Origin: Felis catus
Lineage: Eukaryota
Reading direction: 5' to 3'
Assembly (NCBI RefSeq): GCF_018350175.1
Contig: NC_058368.1
Coordinates: 59,274,001-59,338,000, forward strand
Length of the DNA stretch: 64,000 nucleotides
The position numbers and the translations under genes are program-made. The notes under the pieces are model-generated. The model was not told where the DNA came from and did no database searches. It saw nothing but the letters and a program-made list of their open reading frames with translations. Shown piece after piece: positions 27,621 through 38,655 of the stretch; the first letter of the stretch is position 1, and every line of letters begins with the position of its first letter.

Positions 27621-28085
27621 TTATTATATCATTTATTTTTGCTCTAATTTCCTTCTGCTGGCTTTAGGCTTCATGTGGGGTTCTTTTTCTAGCTCCTTTA
27701 GGTGCAAAGTTAGGTTGTTTATTCAAGATTTTCCTTGATTCTTGAAGTAAACCTGTATTGCTATATATTTCCCTCTTAGGATCACTTTTTCTGCATCCCA
27801 AAGGTTTTAGGATACTTTATTTTCATTTTCATTTGTTTTCATGTATTCTTTTAAATATCTTTTTTGATTTCCTGGTTGACCTATTCATTGTTTACTAGCA
27901 CATTGTTTAACATCTAAGTATTTGTGTTCTCTCCAAATTTTTCCTTGTGGTTGAATTCTAGTTTCATAGTATTATGGTCAGAAAGGGTGTATGGAATGAT
28001 TTCAATCTTTTTGTATTTGTTGAGGTCTGCTTTGTGACCTAATATGCGATTTTTTCTGAAGAATGTTCCAAGTGCGCTTGAAAAT
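24420..28085 (-). mobile_element. Older carnivore LINE-1, 5'-truncated, heavily disrupted ORF2 plus 3'UTR
   Basis: Minus-strand ORF pieces KPTANIILN...SGTRQG...LFIDNMILY (decayed FADD), [16 protein letters not shown] and TLMFIAALFTIAKLWKQPKC; T-rich tail near 24420-24460; internal (GT)n, (GTT)n and (TA)/(CA) tracts. Confidence 0.96.
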
Positions 28086-28975
28086 ATGATGAAAACGGGG
28101 AAGGAAGAGAGTGAAATGGGACAGATATGAGGAAGCTAACCCTTACTAACCACGAAAAGGCTTCAAGTAATGCATAAGGCTTAAAACAATCAAGAAAAAC
28201 ATGTTTATTAGATTATGTCTGTATTGAATTGGATGAAATTATTTTAGTAAATATTTAAGTGTAAAAAATAGGAACTAGTTGAGTGATAGACTTAAGAGAT
28301 AATCTTTTTTATTATAAATCCTTTACTAGCTTTTGATTTTATTAGTTTGTTTAAGAATTATTTTAATATCAGCAAAATTATTTTGTTTAGGTTCAAGTAC
28401 ATTGCTATAAAGTGTTGTAGTACAAATCAAGTCATACTTTCTTTTACTTAGTCTGTGATTGCAATAATTAAATATCTTGCTACAACTAAAATAGTATTGT
28501 ATTTATAATACTATAGTGCAATTTGAGCAGTCAATTATAACATTCTAACATCCCATCAAGTCACAAATATATCCCACACACTAGACACTGGTAGTATGTG
28601 AAACTGAACATTATTTTATGTAAATTAAGTTTAAGAATATTCTTGTCACAAATTACCCAAATTACCCAAATACCTTTATTCTTACATAAATAACAGTATA
28701 TATAGTGTTGATTTTTTTCTGGTTATTAACTTTTAAATTGTCAAATGAAATTTAGATACCCAAATAAATATGATATCCTATTGAGAATGTTATGCTTCAA
28801 TAAAAGTTAGGATGTTATTTAGACTTAGACTGTAATGACTCCTTAATAAACTTAAATATTCAGTACTTTTATTGCTGCATTAAAATCTGCACTTACAATA
28901 CTACTTGCCATTAATTTGATTTTACTTATTTTGACTTTACAACGACTCATGTCTTGTGATGAAAAGCAAAATGAC

Positions 28976-29172
28976 GGGGTGCCTGGGTGACTCAGTAGCA
29001 TCCAACTCTTGATTTCAGCTCAAGTCATGATCTCAAGGTTGTGAAAGCCAGCCCTGTGTCAGGCTCTGTGCTGGGCATGGAGCCTGGTTAACATTCTCTT
29101 CCTCTCCTTCTGCCCCTTTCTCACTCATTCACACATGCTCTGTTTGTTCCTCTCTCTCTCTCTCAAAAAAAG
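28976..29172 (+). mobile_element. Older carnivore SINE
   Basis: ggggtgcctgggtgactcag head, CT tract and A tail. Confidence 0.9.
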
Positions 29173-30259
29173 AAAGAAGCATAATACAAACCTCATTTAT
29201 TTGCATACTGATTTAGAAATTTTTGATTTCATTTTAATTCTCTGGAAAGTTTGACACAATTTCTTTAGATATTTTGACAAGATCACCCCACAGAAGTTTT
29301 GTATCAATATTTGTTTTCACTGTTGCATAGATGATTTATCTTTATATTTCAGAGTTGGGTTGTATGTGAAATACCAACATCCCACACATCAATCAATTTA
29401 GGCAATTCTAATCCATGTGTGCAGAAGAAAGGGAAATATACTTGATGTAGGTATTATAAATTCTTCCTTCATTTCATTAAAAAATATCATATAGGAATAA
29501 GAATTTGTTTTATTTTTCTTCCATCTGGGAAAATAGTGGAAGCTATAAATTAAAAATTCAAAAGTTATTCCCCTTGTAAGTTAATCAATTAGCTGAGGAA
29601 AGACAGTACATAGATTTAGCTCAGAATTTCATTTTTCTCTCAACCGCTTTAAATTATCTTAATCTTATCATTTAATTCAGGTTTTCCAATTCTTTCCACC
29701 AACTTGATAACACTTTATTCTGATTTATTCTAGTAACAGTGGCTCATTCACGACTATTTTATGAATTATCTTCATTTTGTCACTTAACTCTCAGGTTTTC
29801 TAATACTATTCAGTGATCACATATCACTCTGCCCTGATTTGTTCCAGTAGTCTCTAAGATAATTTTGGAACAAATCTGATGCTATGCCTGAAATTAAATT
29901 CTGCTTTCCTGATTAGCCAAAAATTCCACAATTCTATCCATAAATTCAAAAGCATAGTTGGAAAAAAAACCTATTGTTTTAATTGGATGTGCAGCTAGTA
30001 TTGTGCATTCCTAAGTTATTACAAAAAGAAAATTTGAGAAGTGGCATGGAAATAAATCAAAGCAGAATATAAATGACATAAAATACTTATACAATTATTA
30101 TAATATAATCTAGGTTTGACATAGATTGACATTTATTTGAATTTCTAAGTCATTGAAATGTCTACTTATTGCTAGATATTTCATTAAGGGTATATACTGC
30201 CACAAATAATATTTATTGAAAGCACATGCTATGTAAAATCTTGAATACAGATTTAGGGA

Positions 30260-30420
30260 GGGGCGCCTGGGTGGCTTAGTTGGTTGATGATCTAACTCTT
30301 GATTTTGGCTCAGGTCATGATCTCACAGTTTGTGGGATCAAGCCCCACTTCGGGCTCTGTGCTGACAGCACAGATCCTGCCTGATTCTCTTTCTCCCTCT
30401 CTCTCCGCCCCTCCCCCACT

Positions 30421-30462
<42 letters not shown>

Positions 30463-30513
30463 CGCGCGCGCGCGCTCTCACTCTCTCTCTCAAAATGAAT
30501 AAACACTTAAAAA
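30260..30513 (+). mobile_element. Carnivore SINE carrying an internal (GT)n(GC)n tract
   Basis: TSD agatttagggag at 30249-30260 and 30514-30525. Confidence 0.94.
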
Positions 30514-31623
30514 AGATTTAGGGAGAATGTGATGGTTCTTGTATGACGTGAGCACTCAGTCTAAAAAGATATACATATACAGAGACAGCAATTACAAAAA
30601 AATCATTACCAAATTAAAGAATGCAATGAATTATTACATAGATTCCTAAGAGAAATGTCATTAGATGGAGAAAGACCTATAAAGAAATACGTAGAGTGGG
30701 ATTTTTCAGAGCCATAAAGAATTATATGAAAAATCATATTATGTGCTTGCTTTGAGGAGATTTGGAAGTCGGACGGTTCCAATTTGACTCTATTCTACCA
30801 TATGTCCACAAAGTTTCCTTCCAGGGATATGTTTGGATACCTCTAATAATAAGTAACTTTATATTTCCAAGGTAGCTAATTTTAACTGTATTGTGTTTAA
30901 TAGAATATTTTCAATAGAATATATCTCCTTGCAGGCTGCACATATATCATTAAAAGTTCTAACCACATAATACTTACAGAAAAATTTGAAAAGATTTATT
31001 AAATGCTCCAAAGAGATTTGTTCATGAAGGGTTAAGGGTTATATGTAAACAAACCCACAAACATATTTACACACTTATACAAATGTATATGTGTTATTAA
31101 AATCACTTATCCATTCCCATTCTGTTTGAGATAAAAGTTTTCAGAAACTCTATTACCCACACATTTACAAGTCACGTGAAGTTTACATATTTTAAATTTC
31201 ATTATGAGATTATAAACATAACATAATCTGTTCTGAATGTAGTTAGAAGATATCAAGATTTTAATACATTCTAAGCCAAAAGAGAAACTGTATTTGAGAG
31301 TATCTCTCTATTACTGTTATTTATCTATCCCTCTATTGTTGTTATTTGTGATAGGGGGAAAATCCAAATAGTTGGCATTTAAGTAGTTGGCATTTATTAC
31401 CATGATTTTATCCCTGAATATTTTAAACAAAGAGGATCTGACATTTTGGTAAGATCCATCACTAGCAGTCCCTTAGTTGTTATTGAGCAAGTCAATGATC
31501 CACTAAAAAGTTCTAAGTTGTTCTGATTTTATGAGAGAGTCATATTTTTTGAGATCTTCCTTTTAGGAGACAAAACTGATAACATATTATACTTAATCTA
31601 TTTGCTGATTTATAAAAGAACAG

Positions 31624-31720
31624 AGGTGCCAGTCTGGCTCATTCAGTAGAGTATGTGACTCTTGATTTTGGGGTTGTGAGTTCGAGCCCCTGTTGGCATA
31701 GAGATAATTAAAAAAAAATT
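31624..31720 (+). mobile_element. Short tRNA-head-only SINE (no CT tract)
   Basis: tggctcattcagtagag A-box-like and gagttcgagccc B-box-like motifs, followed directly by an A tail. Confidence 0.75.
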
Positions 31721-33391
31721 TTATTAAGAAAGAACAATAATTTTAAAGTAACTTATCAAAGAGGCTATTACTTTCCAAATATATTTGCTCTGATTTTCAA
31801 TACAACATATTAATGATAGACAAGTAATTTCATTTTTACTGAAACACATATTTATTAATCACCTATTCTATAAATGTCATCCTGTTATGTTAAATGGGCT
31901 ATAAAAATGACTACAGTATAATTACTATCTTGGAAAGATAAACATAATCATATCAGAAGTATTAAAATGATTGCATACATTATGAACTACATAAATATTT
32001 TGTACAGTTGAAATTTAGTTTTACAAAAAGATCTTAAGATGTAGCATTCACTGTTGGCTAAAATGATGAGAGAGACATCTCCTATCAAAACTCAATTGTT
32101 CTTAGAATTCGGTGGATTTTTGACAACTAAGGATGACTTTCCTTCCTTCACCCTAGATTCCAGAAACATAAGGACAGTAACATTTAGTAAAGCTCTCTGG
32201 TGCACAGTAGGAACTCAATAATCCTTTGCTTTATGGTTAAGTGAATACATCCTTTTAGGATATTTGGACATTTTCATCCAGAAACAGATTAACTAAAAAA
32301 AATAATAAAAGTAGTAATAAATGGTACGTATATCTGTAAAAATGTACATTGCACACAGTTTTAAATGAAACACTCTGAATGAATTAACCTAGCATTACTA
32401 ATACAGGGTAATGAATGTAGCTATAGACTTTCTAATTTTAACAATATTTGTGAGATTTTTTTGTCTTCTAATAAGCCACATTTATGAAATATGTAAGATT
32501 AGATTGAGAAATCTGTAAGGTACCCTACTTCTCACCAAGTGCTAGCCACATTATATTCATGCAGCAAGGGACTTAAAAGAAAGAAAAGACAATTTTGAAT
32601 CTTGGTCTAGAAAGCCAAACTAAAGACTGACAACGTAGGTTATGTCTTCAATAAATGCTTACAACAACTAGAGCTTTCATAATAAATGTTCTTCATTAAT
32701 TATTATTTAAATATTGTGTTCCTTTCTTAGAGTTTAAGAAAAAGAAATTTTAAAAAACATTTTGAAAAGAAAATTGAATGGTAACTTGTTTACATTACAA
32801 AATAATGCTGATCTCAGATGAGAAGTGAAATGTACTGCTCAATTTAATTGCCCATAGCAGGCTTATATATGTCAGGTCATGGGAAATATTACATAAGTAC
32901 TGGGAAGTAGGTTACTATATGGGAGATGGAGTTATATTGGGGAGCTGACTGATATGTAAAGGATGTGGCCATGCTTAAATGCTTAAACACAAGAAGATAT
33001 CCATATTTTAGGCATTTCCACAAAAGGAACTCCTTAAATTGTTGATAGACATTTATCCAGACTGGTGATATAAGCCTGAGATCTAAAAGAATGCTAGTAT
33101 AGAATAGCTGTCTCAAGTTATGAAAGAAATTTATTCATACATTTTCTAGTTACTCTGTAATTCCTACTGTATACCATGACACTTGGCTCTTGATTAACTC
33201 TGTCTCCAGACCTTTCATATGACAATCACATGCTGTTCTTTCCCACCTCAGCGACTGCACAAGCAGTTCTCTCTTCTGTGAACATTCTTCATTCCACTTT
33301 TGATTTTGGCTTGTGATTCAGATTATAATAATTTTTTTTTCAAAAAAATGCCTTATCCTCAAACAGTTCTTGCTTTAAAATCCTGTTTAAA

Positions 33392-33600
33392 GCGGAACCT
33401 GTGTGGCCCGGTGGGTTAAGTGTCCGACTTCAGCTCCTGTCATGATCTCACAGTTTGTGAGTTGGAGCCCTGCTTCGGGCTCTGTGCTGACAGCTCAGAG
33501 CCCAGAGCCTGCCTCAGATTCTGTGTCTCCCTCTCTCTCTCTGTTCCTCCCTGACTCTCTGTCTCTCTCTCTCTCTCAAAAATAAACATTAAAAAATAAA
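33392..33600 (+). mobile_element. Carnivore SINE
   Basis: Full SINE; TSD-like aaaat(c/t)ctgtttaaa. Confidence 0.92.
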
Positions 33601-33761
33601 ATTCTGTTTAAATACATCACCACATATTTAATTCAGCACCTGGTTAATGAATTTAAATGTTATAGATGTGTATTTTTCACACACACACAAATGTTTGGTG
33701 AGATAATTTAAGTTCCATTTTCTTAGCAAATTTCAATTATATAGTGTAATGTTACCAACTA

Positions 33762-34170
33762 TGATGAGGGCTAAAGGCTGAAAAATGTTCACCTTTAGCC
33801 CAGAAGGCTAAACTATATCTGCATAGTTTCCATAAGTTTCCATAGTTTCCATCAAATACATGGTGGTCACTACATTCTTAAAGGGTCTCACGACTGCCTG
33901 TGTATCTCACCCATAGTTAATTTCAAACTGAATGCTAAGCTCCAGGGAAATAGTGCAAAAGTTTTACAAGTAAAAATTCAAAGAAACATGTATGATCTAA
34001 TACACTCTCTCCGCCTTGAGCACTAAGCATATAACCACCAGCTTTACTCTGCAAAATTGTAGCTCTTTCTGCCCATGGGTCTTGTCCCTGTGCTACTTAA
34101 ATAAATTTACTAATTTGCACCATACAATGTCTCCAGAATTCCTTCTTGGCCATTGTGCTGATAACAGCTC
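33762..34170 (+). mobile_element. Solo ERV LTR (family not assigned)
   Basis: Starts tga..., has a catataa TATA-like box and an aataaa signal, and ends ...gaattccttcttggccattgtgctgataaca; follows a short antisense L1 3' fragment. Confidence 0.6.
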
Positions 34171-34209
34171 TGAGTCAGTTCAAATAAAAACAAGCACTGA
34201 AAATGACTG

Positions 34210-34580
34210 TTTTAGGAAAGTTTCAGACATGTCAACTGGTGACAATTATGTGGGAAGGAAGCTTTCAGAGAGCTTTCAGAGAGCTCCATATTCACTCTTC
34301 CCCCTTCAAGTGGCTTCGAAGTGTTGATTTCACAGCTACCCTACTTGTAGGTACCTTGGTTTTCAAAACAATTTTGAATTTGAAGAATGAGATGGCTATC
34401 AGACAAGTGAAAATGTCAAAAGCCCGCTACTCTAACACTCATTTTAGATTGTTGCCAGCCTTTGCTAATTTCCAGAGATGTGAAAAAGTTGACTTTGATA
34501 ATTTTTGCCATTATTTTCATCACTTCTATAGTGGTACAGATTTGTATGCTTCCTTACTTTGCCATTTCTGAAATGCTTCT
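34210..34580 (-). mobile_element. Ancient L1M/HAL1-like 5' end fragment
   Basis: gaaaaagttgactttgataatttttgcc...tccttactttgccatttc resembles the antisense of old L1 5' termini. Confidence 0.5.
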
Positions 34581-35160
34581 TGCTTTTGTATACATTTTCA
34601 GTGAACACCTGTGAAAGATTGTATTTAATTTGTTAATTAAAAATGAAAATAGCAGTGTGGTAAATTGGCTCCAAGAACATTTGAGGGTATTATATTTTTC
34701 ATCAGAAAAGTTTCTTCTTTAAACAAAAAGTATATTTGGATAAGATTTCTAAATATTATTAGTATCCTAAAAGGAAATAAATCAAACAGGGTCATTGACT
34801 TTGGGATTATACATTTTTTGGCAAGTCAGTTTATAGGTTCACTTGTAATTTAACTGTTTCTGGGCTTTAAACAAATAAATAGCATGGTCAAACACATTGA
34901 GTCTTCTGGAGAAAAATAATGCATAAAGTAGCCTGATAAACATATATATTTTGGCCGGCCCTCCAAACACATTTCCTCCACCTCTTCCGCTGTTTTCTCA
35001 TTCTACCAGAAATTAATTTTTCAGTCTTACTAATATATCTTTACTGGATTTACACATATATTATTCAATCTAAATTTGTTTTAAAGGAAGCAATATATGC
35101 AGAAAATATTGTCATGCATAAAATGAGATTATCTTTTGCTTAATTAAAATTAAAATTCTT

Positions 35161-35369
35161 TTTTTTTCAACGTTTATTTATTTTTGGGACAGAGAGAGAC
35201 AGAGCATGAACGGGGGAGGGGCAGAGAGAGAGGGAGACACAGAATCGGAAACAGGCTCCAGGCTCTGAGCCATCAGCCCAGAGCCTGACGCGGGGCTCAA
35301 ACTCACGGACCCGAGATCGTGACCTGGCTGAAGTCGGACGCTTAACCGACTGCGCCACCCAGGCGCCCC
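35161..35369 (-). mobile_element. Young SINEC_Fc-type SINE
   Basis: Perfect TSD aaaattaaaattctt at 35146-35160 and 35370-35384. Confidence 0.97.
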
Positions 35370-35747
35370 AAAATTAAAATTCTTAATGTATCTTTGTAAG
35401 TAAAATCCATAACTCTGTAATGTACATTAACATTTTTCATTATTTATAATTCACTTATAATGTCAATTTTATATAAACAGTTTCTTAAGACAAGAGTAAT
35501 TCTCAGTATATATCACTAAGTGATTTAAGTAAGTACTGATGAACTAAAATCACGGTGAAATGCTCTGCATTTCTGTTTTTCATGAAATCTGTAGTAAAAA
35601 AGTGAACTTTATTATTTTAAACAGTCTGACTTAAATGTAAAAAATTAATACTTGCAAAAATTTTGTTAAATCTAGTATTAAATGACAATTTGTATTTTAA
35701 GGTAATAACTAGAATATAATCATTTTTGCATTAAAATTTCAAGTTAT

Positions 35748-35965
35748 GGGGCACCTGGGCGGCTCAGTAGGTTAAGCATCCGACTTCGGCTCAGGTCATG
35801 ATCTCATGGTTCGTAAATTCGAGCTCCATCCTGAGCTCTGTGCTGACAGCTCAGAGCCTGCCTGGAGTCTGCTTCAGATTCTGTGTCTCCCTCTCTCTCT
35901 GCTCCTCCCCCGCTCATACTCCGTGTCTCTCTTTCTCTCTCAAAAATAAATAAACATTAAATAAT
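35748..35965 (+). mobile_element. Carnivore SINE
   Basis: TSD ttcaagttat. Confidence 0.93.
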
Positions 35966-37049
35966 TATTCAAGTTATACAATGTATTGCAAAAAGAAAAG
36001 ATTACTTTAGATACAAATAATAATTTAAAAATAAGCTAGTAATAATTGAGACAAAGATATTTTCTTTCTCTTTTTTCCCAAAAGGATAATTTTGTTTTAT
36101 TCTCCCTATACAGATGTAACTGCATCTTCATGCAGGTATGGTCCTGTATACTAATTAGTTGCCCCAAGTTCTCTGCCAGACTTTTGACTCTATCTCTAGA
36201 GCTGTCGGATGAATTAACAACTGGGATTACATTTTACATATAAAAGAATGTAACCTACTTTTAAAAACTTTATGCATTATGGTATTCAAACGGACTACTT
36301 TTAAAATAACTTGACTCTATCTTTGACTTGTAGAAATGTCATCAACTGAAGCAATATTTAGTGAACTGCTGTTTAAAGGTTCAGACAATAAGCACACTGA
36401 TACGCATTTTGTTATCATAAAGACAGTCAAAAGCCTGCTGCTCTAACGCTCCTTTTAGATTGTTGAAGGCCTTTGCTAATTTCCAGAGGTGTGAAAAAGT
36501 TGACTTTGATCATTTTGGTGAATGTGTACATTTTTTTCTGTCTATCTTTAAATATATCTGAGATTACATAGTATGCTTTACGTTGATGAATTAGAAAATA
36601 CAGATATTTCGGAGAATTTCCCAGAACACCGTTATGAAGTGATACATCCGTTGAATGGAATCAGTCTCATGTGAATCTTTTCCCTGCCCCAGGATGTTAT
36701 TAATCTAAACTCAAAACATAATTTAGGACATTAAATGTAATATTACATAGCATTGGTATGTTAATGTACCCTCAGTATGTATTTATATTATCTACAACAA
36801 AATATGATTGTGAAACTTCAAAAAAATTAAAGCTTTAGGATTTCTTATATTTAAAAAATGCACTCTAAATTTATTTGAGTGCATAAATTGGCCCAGAGTG
36901 GAGAATTGGTAATTCTTTGTAAAAAATAAATATAGTGAAAATAAATGTATTACGGAGGAAAAAGCAGGTTTGTATTGCATATTAGACACCACAGTCTATT
37001 AAATACAAAGAATTGCTGTGGCAAAAATAGTATTGGAGAAAAAATAGAG

Positions 37050-38130
37050 CAATAAAAATCACCTGGGAATAAACCATATGACATTGAATTAGAGTTGGAT
37101 TCATTACTATGAACTTATGTTTAGATATATGTGCATATGTAGATTGGTATGTGTATATGCTGGTATATTTCTAATTATGTATTATAGATAATATACTTAT
37201 ATTATATAGAGGGTCTGGAAGCAGTGAGATACCAGTAGCAACAATCACTTCCTGTAACAGGATCTTGTTTTTGAAATTCCAATCTCTAATAAAAATACTA
37301 GCCTCTGATCTCCAAGGATCCCTGAAAAATGACTTATTATAAAGCTAAGGCTGGATAAATACAAAATGAGCCTGGAGCTCTTATACTGCTAGAAATAAAT
37401 TGTCCCACCCCCCCACCCCCAAATAGTAGGGGTTAATTAAAAAAAAAGACATAACAGGAACCAACCTGAAACAGTTTTCAATGTGAATATCTGGAACAAT
37501 TTTATAAACAAAATTAATCTCTTAATATTGGATTATAAGAGAGAAATAATAAAATAAATATCTATGAGCTCATAGTGATATAAATAAGGGATCGAAAAAT
37601 AAATAAATGCTAAAGATAATTTACACAGGTATCTCCCCCTGTCGGAATCCATTCCCTTGAGTATGGATTGGGCTTACTGACTTGGTCCGAAAGAGTATTG
37701 TGAAGAGAGAATGAAGAATGAGAATGAGAATGAAGAATCTCTACAGTGGACAAACCTGGTGGATGCTGCCTTGATGATTAATAATTGAAGTGATAAGTCA
37801 TGATGATAGTATGTATCCCTTGAATTGATATAAAGAGCAAATCACTTTTTTTTGGTATTCTTTCCCAAATTCCATACCTTGGTATAATCATGAGGACAAT
37901 ATCAACAAAACTCAAATAGAGACACAGCCCACAAATGTCTGAGAGATACTTCTCAAAACTTTCAAGGCCATGAAAGGCAATGGAAAAGTATTACAGGCAA
38001 GAGTAGACTAAGAAGGCATCATGATGAAATACACTGTAGCATACTAGACTAGATCCTGGAACAGAAAAGGACACTAGTAAGAAAACAAGTGAAATCTGAA
38101 TAAAGTTTAGAATTTAGTTAATACTGGTGT
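37050..38130 (+). mobile_element. L1MC/L1MD-type 3' region relic
   Basis: gagggtctggaagcagtgagataccagtagcaa...tactagactagatcctggaacagaaaaggacactagt...gtgaaatctgaataaagtttag. Confidence 0.75.
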
Positions 38131-38399
38131 GTCCTTTTTTGAACAACATCAGTAACAAGAACAAAGTCTCTTGCAACAACATAGGTGACTGTTGATAAAA
38201 ACTACAAATAGGGTGTTGGATATAAGAAAGAAAGGAATGCAAGAGATATAACGAAGGGCAAATGATCAAGCTTGAATTTGTTATAATATAGGTACAAAAT
38301 ATAAGAGTTAAAAATTATAGCGAAGAATCTTGGAGAAATTTCAATACTTTAAATAGAATTAGAAAGAATATCTGTGGGCCAAAAAGTTGAGAGGTGAGT

Positions 38400-38655
38400 T
38401 AATTGTACATTTTTCAGATCCATAGAATGTACAACACCAAAAGTGAAAATTCATGGAAACTATGAACTTTGGGTGGTAGCAATGTGTCAGTGGAGGATCG
38501 TCGATTGCAACACATGTAGCACTTTTGTGGGGTATATTAATAATGGGGGAGACTATGCTGGAGGCAGAGAGTATATGGGAGGTCTCCATACCTTCTGCTC
38601 AAATTTGCTGTGAACTTATAACTGCTCTAAAATGTAAAGCTTATTGAAAAAAACT
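38400..38655 (+). mobile_element. L1MC-type 3' end
   Basis: ccatagaatgtacaacacca...taccttctgctcaaatttgctgtgaac...actgctctaaaa plus A tail. Confidence 0.85.

Noticed and set aside
31624..31720. tRNA gene
   Set aside because: No intact cloverleaf seen; the A tail and flanking repeats indicate a short SINE.
34016..34571. Overlapping 103-aa and 122-aa ORFs
   Set aside because: They span an LTR and an old L1-like fragment; no homology recognised.
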